In this document: positions 27,056 through 39,019 of the stretch, piece after piece | How the letters are laid out: each line of letters opens with the position of its first letter | How positions within the stretch are numbered: position 1 is the first letter of the stretch | Assembly (NCBI GenBank): GCA_030390025.1 | Contig: CM059432.1 | Coordinates: 80,726,001-80,790,000 of the forward strand | Origin: Squalus acanthias | Taxonomy: Eukaryota | Direction of reading: 5' to 3' | DNA length: 64,000 nt | Notes under the pieces: model-generated | Seen by the model: only the letters and a program-made list of their open reading frames with translations | Told to the model about the DNA's origin: nothing | Database searches by the model: none | Made by a program: the position numbers and the translations under genes

Positions 27056-27868
27056 CATGGAAGGAGCTGTATCAATGCAGGTTCTTTCCCCATTCGTGAA
27101 CAGAGGATTGTTGATCTTATCATGAAAAATAAAATCAATGATTGCTGAAGTTACTGCCAGATCATAGCTTCCAGTAGGTTTCAGTGGCCTATGGTAATGG
27201 TTACAAATAAGTTATTGAAAGTTAGTTACACCAACAGGATAGAACAGAATAGCAGTAATACTGTTAATTTAATTTTCCTTGATAATTTTTAGCATTACAC
27301 TGATATAAAGTACAGAATGAAGAATAATCTCATTCTGCGAGGCTGTATAATGCGAAGCTGATGCTGATAATTTAGGGACATATTTTATTCTGTTCACCAA
27401 TTTGGTGAAAAATGAGGATTATAAAGCAGTATTTCTGCTTTATGCTCATGCCCACGTTTTTGCTAAAATTGGAAAACAGAATAAGAAAGCTCCCATAGAC
27501 ATGTCAGAGGCGGAATCAGTTTACAAAGCCTTCGCCAGCCATGGAGTTTCTATAAGAAGGTTAAATGCTCACTAAGTGTGCCACTCTAAAATCACAGCAC
27601 CATCATTGTACCACAGACCAACACTGTCCAAGGGAACTACAACCACTCAGAGAAGTTAGATTTGCTCTGAGAAATTCAAGGACTCTAATTCTGTTTCAGA
27701 TTTCTCAAGTCTTGCCCTTTTTGTGGAGAACTTGTGGCGAAGTGTACAATCAACGTTTAATAATTCAAATACAATAGCAAAATACTGCAGATGCTGGAAT
27801 CTGAAATAAAAACAGAAAATGTTGGAAATACTTAGCAGGTCAGGCAGCATCTGTGGAGAGAGAAATAG

Positions 27869-27905
27869 AGTTAATGTTTCAGGTCTGTGACCTTTCGTCA
27901 GAACT
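27869..27905 (-). ncRNA. Mirror hammerhead ribozyme (PLE family B)
   Basis: Reverse complement of 28807-28843. Confidence 0.72.
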
Positions 27906-28806
27906 GGAAAAAGTTAGAGATATAACAGATTTTAACCAGGTGCAGAGGCAGGTAAAGGGGGAGGGGAAGAAAGAATAAAAGGGACGGTCTGTGATAGGGT
28001 GGAAGGCAGGAGTGGTTAAATGCTGCAAATGGGAATGGCAGAATCATCAACAGCTGCCGTCTGAAAAAATAGGGCCAGAGGTTATGGTCTGAAATTGTTG
28101 AACTCGATGTTGAGTCTAGAAGGCTGTAAAGTGCCTAATCAAAAGATGAGGTGCTATTCCTTGAGCTTCATTGGAGCAGTGTAAGAGGCCGAGGTCAGAG
28201 TGGGAGTGGAGCGGAGAATTAAAGTGATAGGCAACCGGAAGCTCGGGGTTACCCTTACGGACTAAACAGAGGTGTTCCGCAAAGCGGTCACCCAATTTGC
28301 GTTTGGTCTCCCCAATGTAGAGGAGACCACATCGTATACTGTATTCGCTGCTCACGATGCGGTCTCCTCTACATTGGGGAGATCAAACGCAGATTGGGTG
28401 ACCGCTCCGTGGAACACCTCCGTTCAGTCTGTAAGGGTAACCCCGAGCTTCCGGTTGCCTATCACTTTAATTCTCCCCTCCAATCCCACTCTGACCTCTC
28501 TGTCCTCGGCCTCTTACACTATTCCAATGAAGCTCAACGTAAGCTCGAGGAACAGCACCTCACCTTTCGATTAGGCACTTTACAGCCTTCTGGACTCAAC
28601 ATTGAGTTCAACAATTTCAGACCATAACCTTTGCCCCTATTTTTTTCAGACGGCAGCTGCTGACGATTCTGTCATTCCCATTTGCAGCATTTAACCACTC
28701 CTGCCTTCCACCCTATTACAGACCGTCCCTTTTGTTCTTTCCTCCCCTCCCCCTCTTTCCCTGCCTCTGCACCTGGCTAAAATCTGTTACATCTCTAACT
28801 TGCTCC

Positions 28807-28843
28807 AGTTCTGACGAAAGGTCACAGACCTGAAACATTAACT
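28807..28843 (+). ncRNA. Minimal type I hammerhead ribozyme (PLE family B)
   Basis: agtt-CTGACGA-a-AGGTC(aca)GACCT-GAAA-catt-aact; stem I agtt/aact. Confidence 0.75.
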
Positions 28844-28876
28844 CTGTTTCTCTCTCCACAGATACTGCCTGACCTG

Positions 28877-29600
28877 TGCATGAACAGAGAGACCTGGGGG
28901 TATATGTGCACAAATCGTTGAAGGTGGCAGGACAGGTTGAGAAAGCACATAAAAAAGCTTACGGGATCCTGGGCTTCATGAATAGAGGTATAGAGTACAA
29001 AAGCGTGGAAATTATGATGAACCTGTATAAAACACTGGTTCGGCCTCAACTGGAGTATTGTGTCCAATTCTGGGCACTGCACTTTAGGAAGGATGTGAAG
29101 GCCTTAGAGAGGGTGCAGAAAAGATTTACAAGAATGGTTCCAGGGATGAGGGACTTCAGTTACGCGGATAGACTGGAGAAGCTGGGGTTGTTCTCTTTGG
29201 AGCAGAGAAGATTTAGAGGAGATTTGATAGAGGTGTTCAAAATCATGAGGGGTCTGGACAGAATAGATAGAGAGAAACTGTTCCCATTGGCAGAAGGGTC
29301 GAGAACCAGAGGACACAGATTTAAGGTGATTGGCAGAAGAACCAAAGGCGACATGAGGAATAACTTTTTTACTCAGCGAGTGGTTATGATCTGGAATGCA
29401 ATGCCTGAAAGGATAGTAGAGGCAGACTCAATCACAGCTTTCAAAAGGGAATTGGATAAGTACCTGAAGGAAAAAAGTTTTCAAGGCTACGGGGAAAGGG
29501 CAGGGGAGTGGGACTAGCTGAAGTGCTCTTGCAGAGAGCCGGCACGGGCTCGACGGGTCGAATGGCCTCCTTCTGTGCTGTAACCATTCTATGATTCTAT
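28877..29600 (+). mobile_element. Young 5'-truncated CR1 insertion
   Basis: Open ORF2 C-terminus to its stop at 29517; tail ATTCTATGATTCTAT; TSD TGACCTG at 28870-28876 and 29600-29606. Confidence 0.93.
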
Positions 29601-30321
29601 GACCTGCTGAGTATTTCCAGCATTTTCTGTTTTAATAATTCAAAGTTGTTTTTTGCTGTACAAAATGGAATTAAGCAGTGCAAATAAGAGTAAGCTGGGA
29701 ATTTGGTGCTAATGATTAATGTTCAAATAATTTGAATGATACAATTTGGTATTAAAAGGATTGGATATCGATAAATTGAACTTTGCATATATGTTTGAGA
29801 TTGCCACAAATTCTAGAAGCAGAGGAAAACAGAACAAGGAAGGTGCACAGACAGTATAGATTAACTACTTCAAGCAATGGGAAGTGAACTTGTTGCACAG
29901 TTGTGCAAAGGCAGTGGATGCAGCTAATGTGAAGAAAATTAAGGGAGAATTTATTCGATATTTAGTCCATTGGCAATTAAGAGGTATTCGTTTTTGGGAC
30001 AGGACTGATAAGCTGCAGAATCCTATACTTTCCTATGTCCTTGCAACACAACTAGTCCACATTCCCAACCTCACAAACCAATTTACAATGAAAATGCAAG
30101 AAGCAAATAGTTGAGTGACCTGATTTAAAAAAAACTCAGCTTATTTATCTGTAGAATTGCAGTTCAGTTTGTTTTCTAATTAAGTTGGTTCTCTCCTTGA
30201 TTATACAATTGTAATCTTCCACCAACTTCTAATTTAACCATCTGAAAGATAGAAAACTTTCTAGTTCTGTTTTACAACCATCTCAGGTTGGTGCCAAACT
30301 ACAATGCCTTTTAATTTGAAA

Positions 30322-30447
30322 AAAAATGAGAAGTCGCACAACACCAGGTTATAGTCCAACAGATTTATCTGTTGGACTATAACCTGGTGTTGTGCGACTT
30401 CTCATTTTTGTCCACCCCAGTCCAACGCCGGCATCTCCACATCATGA
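30322..30447. mobile_element. PLE family A mini fold-back insertion
   Basis: 43-bp arms 30322-30364 and 30367-30409; tail 30410-30447 homologous (reverse complement) to 783-813; TSD CTTTTAATTTGAAA at 30308-30321 and 30448-30461. Confidence 0.88.
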
Positions 30448-32097
30448 CTTTTAATTTGAAAGCAGGCTTGAAGCTATCAGCGCGCCAGTTATCCATTTCT
30501 CTAAAGCAGACCTCAGTATAATTCCTAACCACATTACAGACTGTCTTTCATAACTATCCTATTCTCACCTGAATACTCATTGTTTATTTTGGACAATGAG
30601 CTGCAAAAATTATATTGAAAACAAATTCAGTAAATGATATGACAAGAAGGCAGATCAAGTGAAAAGAGGTCTCAGAGCTCACAGCTAGGTCTAGCTTGTC
30701 ATTCACACTCTGTCTTGGTTATGATAGAATTGTTCTTCTGTAGACATCAGTCTGAAATATCAGTCAGTCCCTGGAGAGCAGCTGTAATAATTATTCTGCA
30801 GTTTCAGCAACACAGATTCCAAACCCTGGAAAATTGTTTGTATCAGAATGCCTTAGGTAGTGCTATCATATCAGTAAAACACATCCCTAATCCTTGAGTG
30901 CTGGCAGTCTGGCACTGCATTAGGTATCCTTACATTAAATATAAGAAGCAGTGCTTAGTGCTGTTGTATCTGTTAACAGTATCTCAGATCTATTGGAGAG
31001 TAAGAACTCGAGGTTGCTTCAGGCTGGTCTATATACCCAGTAGAGTTACATATTGCTTTCTGTGAAATAAAAATTCAGTCCCCTCAATTGTATCATTTAT
31101 AAAACAAATCTATAGTATTGTTATTTAATATAATGCATAATATGGCCAGAAATACATACAAAATTACATAAAATACTGCTGTAACTTTGGCGGAACCTCA
31201 AAATGACCATTTTCAGCCATTTGCGCCATTTTTCAGGGGAATCCGCAGCTGTTTACATTGTTTCTCTAGGGGTCTGCTTAGTCTCCTACTGAAGTTATGC
31301 AGGGAGACTGGGAGACCTTCTACCCCGCCACCCCCACCGTACCCTGCATATGAGTCTCCACTTGGATCATTGGCCCGGATTTTGCGGTCAGCAGCGAACG
31401 AACGGCGCTAGCTGCTCATTACACTTACCCACAGACTTTCTGTGGGCTTTTGCACTGCAACTTGCGGTGATTGGAAATGCGAAACAGTACAGTGCCCTCT
31501 ACAGGGGATCTGGGACCTTTATAAATAGGGCAAGCAAATGTGTATCTCCTTAACCAATCAGATTGAAGAATCCTTAGTGTGACATACAGTGCGAAAACCA
31601 GGGAGTGTGAGTTAGAATATTTAATTCAATGCCAAATCATGTACAGAAAGCAAAATAAAGAGAGGGAAAGAAAGATGAGATTAAGAGAGAGAGATAAAAG
31701 AGACAGAAATAATTTTTTTTAAATAAATTTTTTAACTTTTTAAATCTCCAAGAATAATTAAAATCTGAAGGAATGCCGTTAATGATAGCTTTTTCTGGTG
31801 TGTTTAGTGGGTATCTAATGGGCAAGTACCGCAAGTTCACACCCTTCCATGTGTTTCAATGCTGAGTCTCTGGACAAGATACTGGTACAGCGAAGCTTCT
31901 GGAGGAGCAGATCATCTCAGACAGCAGCTTCCCGATTTCCGTGTTTAACTACGCGGATGCGGATGCTGGAAGTTACTGTCCAGTTTACCACTTAATAGTG
32001 GTGAGCGCTGATAGTTTCACCGTTATTTCTACTGCAAAATCTGGGCCAGTATCTTGAAATCTGATGTAATTATTTTCTGCTTCACCCCATCTCCAAG

Positions 32098-32348
32098 TAA
32101 TAAAAGATCCCATGTCACGGTTCAAAGAAGAGCAGGGCAGTTCTCCTGGCTAATATTTATCCAGCACTCAACATCACTGAATTTGGTCAATTATCTCACT
32201 GCTGTTTGTGGAACCTTGCTGTGTGCAAATTGGCTGCTGCATTACCCTATATTACAGTGACTAGATTTCAAAAGTACTTCATTAGCTGTGAAGTGCTTTG
32301 GGACAATCTGAGGTCATGAAAGGTGCTATATAAATCCAATTTCTTCCT
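32098..32348 (+). mobile_element. DeuSINE 3' half
   Basis: AAGAAGAGCAGGG...GCTGTGTGCAAATTGGCTGC...GAGGTCATGAAAGGTGCTATATAAAT. Confidence 0.7.
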
Positions 32349-32657
32349 TTGTTATATTTTAAAATTTGATAAAAATTACTGTGTTTTTCCACATGGTTAG
32401 AGTATCTTTATGTACGTTTAAGTAATCACATGTGGCTCCCACGACATGCAATGACAGCTGCAGTCAGTACACATTTTCAAGGCTCCCATGGCGATACAGT
32501 ATGGCAAAATACAATCAGAGACAGGTACTGGTGGATACCGGGGTGGATGGCTGATTAGTCTTGGTAGGAGAACTTTTGTCTTTATATTTACAATCTCAGA
32601 ACTTATATTTCATTTGTTAATAAGCTAAGGATGGAATTTAAGGGATAATTTTCCAAC

Positions 32658-32980
32658 TTTTTTTTATTCGTTCATGGGATGTGGGCGTCGCTGCCAAGGC
32701 CAACATTTGTTGCCCATCCCTAATTGCCCTCGAGAAGGTGGTGGTGAGCCGCCTTCTTGAATCGCTGCAGTCCATAAGGTGAAGGTACTCCCACAGTGCT
32801 GTTAGGGAGGGAGTTCCAGGATTTTGACCCAGTGACGATGAAGGATCGGTGATATACTTCCAAGTTAGGATGTTGTGTGACTTGGAGGGGAACTTGGAGG
32901 TGGTGGTGTTCCCATGCACCTGCTGCCCTTGTCCTTCTAGGTGGTAGAGTTCGCGGGTTTGGTAGGTGCTGTCAAAGAAC
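32658..32980 (-). mobile_element. Zenon-like LINE 3' end
   Basis: Reverse-complement homology to 12430-12727. Confidence 0.8.
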
Positions 32981-33714
32981 TTCAGTTCACAGTCAGGAGC
33001 TTTGCCTGCATATCAGAAATTAGGGGCACATATAGCACACAATTTTCTCATCATTAATTTAAATATTCAGAAAAACATACGTAACACGCACCCAAATTTC
33101 CAATGTGTACTCCTAGTGGGCAAGACTCCCAGTATTTAACCAATGTATGTAACCAATGCTCAGTTTTCTTATAGGTGTCGTGTTTTGTTGGATTTGAGCA
33201 GGTGTAAATTAATTACTGGTACACTGTTGGATTTGAGAAATACAAAAACCTTTTAATTTATGAGCCGGTGGAAGGCAGTTCTGACTTCTTTATAAAATTA
33301 GAATTATAGATTCTGATCTGAAAAAACGATGAAGCTCAACGCAAGCTCAAGGAACAGCACCTCATCTTTTGATTAAGCACTTCACAGCCTTCTGGACTCA
33401 CCATCGAGTTCAACAATTTCAAATCATAACCACTGCTCCCATTTCTTTGGACAGCAGGTGCTGGAAATGATTGTGCTGTTGATATTTAAACCTCCTCCAG
33501 ACCCATCTTTTATTTCTTTACTTGTTCCATTATCACTCATTTTTGCACCATCATTCCTTTTGTCATTTAATCACTCCTGCCTACTACCTTATCACAGACC
33601 TTCCCTTTTGTTCTTTCCTTCCCTCCCCTCTTTCCCTGGCTCTGTACTTGCTTAAAACCTGTTACATCTCCAACTTTTGCCAGTTCTGATGAAAGGTCAT
33701 TGACCTGAAACATT

Positions 33715-34991
33715 GGCTGGAACTTTCTGGAGGGAGACGGGTTGGGAGCGGGGGGCCTCCGAGGCGTGCGGGAAACCCGGGAGGCTGGGTTTCCCGCAGG
33801 CCCTGCCAACTTTAACGGCAGGGCCTGATTTGAATGCGAGGCCTCGGATTCCCACCCACAGCCAGACAGATTGAGAGGCTGGTGGCTGCGGGCGGGTCGG
33901 CCTCAGAAGCGAGGGGCCGGTCCGGGGGAGGGATTGTGGGAGTGGGGGGGGGGAGTCGGCAATCAGCCGGGATTGGGGGAGGGGGGGTCGGCAATCAGCC
34001 GGGATTGGGGGAGGGGGGGTCGGCAATCAGCCGGGATTGGGGGAGGGGGGGGAGGCAATCAGCCGGGATTGGGGGAGGGGGGGTCGGCAATCAGCCGGGA
34101 TTGGGGGGGGGGGGGGGGGGGGGTGGGAGAAGATCGTCTGGGGGTGCGGGAAGAGAGGATCGGCAGGGGTGGGGGATCTGGAGGTGGGGGAGAAGATCGG
34201 CAGGGGTGGGGAATGGGTGGAGAGAGGACTGGCAGGGGTGGGGGATCGGGAAGGGTGGGTAGAGGACCAGCAGGTTTCAGGGATCGGGGGAGGAGAGAGG
34301 ATCAATCAGGAATGGGGGTGGGGAGAGGAACGGTTGGGGTTGGGGGGGGTCGACCAGGGATCGGGGAGTGGGGGGGAGTTGTTGGCTAAGGATCACGATG
34401 GGGTGTGATCAGCCGGCGATCGCGGGAGGGGGTGTGGTGGGGGTTGGGGGGGTGGTTGGCTGGGGATCGGCAGGGGGGAGAGAGGATCGGGGCCGGCCAC
34501 TGGTGGATTGTGTGGCTGGCCTCATCATCGTTGGCGGGGGTGGCGGTGGGAGGCCTGAGGGGGTGATTGGAGGCTCGGGGGCGGTGGTCTCCGATCACGG
34601 GGGGTGGGTATGGTCGGGACCCTGGATCCAGGAGGTAGGTATAAAGCCATTTACCTCCTGAATGCAGCAGTCCCCACCTCGGTTTAATGCTGAGTTTCAC
34701 GAATTGTGTGAAACTCGTCCACAGGCAGTTAAACACAAAATGGACGGGGAAATAGAGGCTTCCAACCTCATTACAATATTTAAATTGAGTTAACGCCCGC
34801 AGGGAGTGGGTTGGTCGCCCGCCCGCCCCTTCCTGTCTCTGGCAAAATGTTAAAAACGGGATTCCCGACCTGATCCCGCCTCCAACCCACCCACGGGTTG
34901 GAGGCGGGATCAGGTTGGGAATCCCGTTTTTAACACTTTAACTGCCTCCACGCTCCAGACGCACCCGTTTTTTTAGGGGAAATTTCCGGCC
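33715..34991. mobile_element. G-rich PIF/Harbinger non-autonomous element
   Basis: TIRs GGCTGGAACTTTC and GAAATTTCCGGCC; 3-bp flanks ATT/ATG. Confidence 0.75.
33955..34125. repeat. G-rich minisatellite, ~32-bp unit (TCGGCAATCAGCCGGGATTGGGGGAGGGGGGG), about 5 copies, then a poly-G run
   Basis: Directly visible tandem units. Confidence 0.9.
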
Positions 34992-35064
34992 ATGAACTCT
35001 GTTTCTCTCTCCACAGTTGCTGCCTGACCTGCTGTGTATTTCCAGAATTTTCTGTTTTTATTCG

Positions 35065-36003
35065 CATAACTTCCTTGCTTTTGTACTCTATGCCTCTATT
35101 TATAAAGCCAAGGATCCCGTTTGCCTTTTTAACCGCCTTCTCAACTTGTCCTACCACCTTCAAATACTTGTGTATATACACACCCCCAGGTTTCCCTGTT
35201 CCTGCACCCTTTAGTTCATATTGCTTCTCCTCATTCTTCCGACCAAAATGAATCATTTCACACTTCTCTGGGTTAAATTTCATCTGCTATGTGTCTGCCC
35301 ATTTCACCAGACTATTGCTATCCTCCGCACTGCTTGCTACATTTCTGAGTTTCGGGTCATCTGCAAACTTTGAAATGATGCCCTGTATAGCCAAGTCCAG
35401 GTCATTAATATCTATCAAAAAGAGCAGTGTTCCTAATACTGACCCCTGGGGAACATCACTGTGTACTTCCCTCCAAACAACCGTTCATCACTGCTCTCTG
35501 CTTTCTGTCCCTTATCCAATTTCGTATCCATGCAGCCACTACTCTTTTAATCCCATGGGTTTCAATTTTGCTAACAAGTCTATTGTGTGTTATTTTATCA
35601 AACACCTTTTGAAAGTCCATATACACAAAACATCAACCATACTACCCTCATCCACCCACTCCGTTACTTGATCAGAACTCAATCAAGTTAGTCAAACATG
35701 ATCTGCCTTTAACAAATTCATTTATTTACCCATGTTTTTCCAAGCGCCAATTAATTTTCTCCCAGATTAATGTCTCTAAAGGTTTCGCCACCACCGACGT
35801 TAGGCTGATTGGCCTGTAGTTGCTGGCTTTATCCCTCTCTCCTTTTTTTGAACAAGGGTGCAACATTTGCAATCCTCCAGTCCTCTGGCACCACTCCCAT
35901 ATCTAAGGAAGATTGGAAAATTGTGGCCAGAGCCTCCGCAATTTCCACCCTTACTTCCCTCAGCACCCTAGGATGCATCCCATTCAGACCTGGTGACTTG
36001 ACC
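35065..36003 (-). mobile_element. CR1 RT-region fragment
   Basis: MKFNPEKCEMIHFGRKN...KANGILGFINRGIEYK; homologous to 1900-2560. Confidence 0.85.
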
Positions 36004-36540
36004 TGAGACCCTACGTTGTAAGACTAGATTAATCAAGATGAATTCTTCGCCAGCTGAAGTGGCTTAAACCAGTTTTACAGTTAAAGATTTTGTTTGCAAG
36101 AATGATCCCTGATACTCTTCACAAGACTGGAGTTTATTTAGCAAAAATAGGAAGCTTATTAAAAGAAACCTATATTGCTTCTATAAACAAGATTGTTTTT
36201 TAAAATGCAGTGTTACACCCAATTACTCTACTTCATTCAAATTGTGCCAAGTCTCATTCTTGAATTGCATTTCACAAGTATCTTTTTTTGTTTTCTTAAA
36301 TGGCCAGTATTGTGTCACATAATGTACAGTACACACTAAACATGTGCCTCATAATGAACAATGAATGTGTGATATGGAAAGTACAAAAACATAATAGCTG
36401 GTTGAAGATGAAATATTATGCAAAAGCAAGTTTGACATTCATGCATAGAAACCATAAGATTGGTGATTCAGCAAACCAGTGACTGATTTCCCTGGACATA
36501 TTTTATTGTACAATTGTTTTAGAATGGACATCATGTGATC

Positions 36541-39019
36541 CAGTGGCGGGCAAAGTACGGCCCACAGGCTGTATCCGGCACGCCAATGGATTCTGTCCGG
36601 CCCGTTGAGGCCTGGCTTTGAGCTGCAAACGTCCGCCGCACCTGACCCCGCCCCATGTGATGTCAGGAGGCGGGTCATTGTCTCCAAGTCAGCAGGGGAG
36701 TCAATATAGCAATGGGCTTTAGAGACGGGAGGCAAAGATACGGAGACTGAGGTGGACAGAAGGCGGCCGGGATCATCAATCCCACTTCACTTTAATTTTA
36801 GTTTCTCAGTGGGGTGCTTTAATGCTTTACTTTTTCATCGCTCTAAATGAAAGACTTGCTGCAAAAGTGGTGATGTAACTCCAAAGTCGGGTCCCCTCTG
36901 ACTCTGGAGTGTATGGATTGAAACTCCAGTGTGGTGTCCAGCCAAGTTTAAAAAGTGCTGAGGGATTCCGTTTACCTGGGCATATTATAAACTGAAGGAG
37001 AAGGATTTTTTTAATGCTTTGAGAGTTTGGGAGCTCCTGCCCACTCTCAAAACATTTCAACTTTAATTTCTGGCAGATACGTGTAACCATGCCTGCACAC
37101 AGCGCTCATGCCAGCACGAATGTTGATTTGTAGTCGTGCATAGTCCACAGTAGAACTCCGATGCTCCCAGTGCAACGATCAATCCCAGACCATTAATGTA
37201 GTAAAGCTGCAGTCTGTGTCTCACTCCATGAAAGTGAACAGAATTTCAGACAGATTAACTTTGCAAGAGACTTTCTGGGAGTTTGGGACATATTACCTCA
37301 TTGGGAACACATCAGCTATAGTTTCAGTATCATTTGTTTCAGCGACCAACCAACATGAGTGCCATTTTGATATTATCACTATTATTCAGAGTGTGCCATG
37401 CATTGGACAATTTTAGAGAAAGCACACGCTTGTACCCATATTGCAGAAAGTCTTCAGGCTTCTGTGGGATACATTGGGCCACGGCCCCACGGGGGAGGGC
37501 CTTTTACCGACGGCAGCGCAGCCCCTAGACCGGTGGAGAGCGGAGAGTGCAGCAGCGGGGAGGGCGCAGGCCCGTCCCCCCAGTCCAGGCCCAACCCCCA
37601 GTGATGGGGTGACTGATGGATGATACCTGTTAACCAGTTATTCACTACCATCGAACTAATTAATGCAAAACTGATTTGTGTTTGCTAATTAGTATTTTAA
37701 TTCTCTCAAAGGTATTTATTTAACACTGATTATTTATACTAACTCATAATTAGTAAATTAGTTAGCAGATTTATTCACTAACAACACCCTCTGTGTGTTA
37801 GAAAATTGGTGAGCAATTTAATTGTGCTCATTACTGTACTAATTACACAGCTATTAATAACAGCTTGCTGAGTTATTTATTTAACTAATTTTTACTAGTG
37901 TTCAACTAATTTACTGATTACAGACTATTTATTTACTACCTTAACACACGCCCTGCTCATCAAGCAATCGATGAGCAATTTAAATTGTGCTTATTAATTT
38001 ATTAATTGCACGACTATTGTCCCCTAATTTCGTAACCTCATACTGATATATTTACTAATGTGACACAAATTCTCTGCTCATGTTCAATCAGTTGAATGAT
38101 TATTACTTTAATGATTTCACGTTTAACAATTCACCCGTATAATAATCAAACACTTTATTTTTTTGCCAGTTACTCAATAATTGGCTGAGGGTGAAATTTT
38201 GAAAGAGGAAAAAAAATCTCTACGAGGATTTTGTGGAGCAATAGTGCTAACAATAAATTAAACATACTCTGAAATATGCTCAGGATTGAGCACATTCAGG
38301 AATCGCCGTGGTTAATGGACTGTAGTCTAATCTAAGCTTTCATCTTGACCTAACATCTTGTGTGAAAGGCCAGTTAATGTTAACTTGTGCTTGTGAATGA
38401 CAAGTTTCAGAGCCAGTTGCTTATAGTCAAGTTTTGACAGAAGCAAGTGGGGTAAATATTTTTTGCTTGCATAGAATGTACAGTACAGAAATAGGCCATT
38501 CGGCCCAACTGTTCTATGCCGGTGTTTATAAGAACATATAGAAATAGGAGTTGGAGTAGGTCATAAGGCCCCTTGAGCCTGCTCCGCCATTCAATGAGAT
38601 CATGGCAGATCTTGTCGAGTAACCAGTTTTACAGTTTTAATTATAGCATAATAATATCAATGGCTAAATTAAGTTTTGGGTAAACCTGTATCATGTTCGT
38701 TAACATTTTAATAAGTGCTATTTTTATTAAGTGTGGAAAAGACATGAAGGGTTCTTTATACAATAAATGCCATAATAAATTTTTATGGTATTTTTATTTT
38801 GTGTGCTGAAATGTTCCCGCTAATTTTTTTTGGGTGTGTGGCCCCTTTAGCCATGGCTGCGTGGCCCATTCAAATTTCCGCGCATGCGTGGTTTTTCCAT
38901 ATAAAAGCCGCTGCGCAAGACCTCCAGACCGCTGTGTGGCTGCACAGCTTAACGGAAACATTGGTGTGCTCACCAAAACTTGTTAACTGGCCCTTCAGCC
39001 CAAATAATTGCCCACCCTG
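36541..39019. mobile_element. Non-autonomous hAT (Charlie-like) DNA transposon
   Basis: Left end CAGTGGCGGGCAAAGTACGGCCC, right end ...GGCCCTTCAGCCCAAATAATTGCCCACCCTG; 8-bp TSD ATGTGATC (36533-36540) / ATGTAATC (39020-39027). Confidence 0.72.

Larger units (their letters stand above)
27770..29630. mobile_element. Penelope-like element (family B), inverted fold-back insertion with a nested CR1
   Basis: Diverged inverted arms around ~28340; GIY-YIG peptide CGLLYIGETKRKLGDRFAEHL...GLNIEF; tail ~27770-27811; TSD TTTAATAATTCAAA at 27756-27769 and 29631-29644. Confidence 0.87.
33329..35062 (+). mobile_element. PLE family B-related 3' fragment, split by a MITE at 33715-34991
   Basis: EAQRKLKEQHLIF peptide; hammerhead core at 33682-33714; pLTR resumes at 34995 (aactctgtttctctctccacag). 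Confidence 0.8.

Noticed and set aside
31143..32047. Possible additional Harbinger MITE; similar candidates at 16352-16870, 21820-21980 and 61240-61560
   Set aside because: Termini are only partly complementary and no clear TSDs were found, so boundaries cannot be supported.
33697..34736. Gly-rich and Pro-rich ORFs
   Set aside because: Artefacts of the G-rich repeat, which lacks stop codons.
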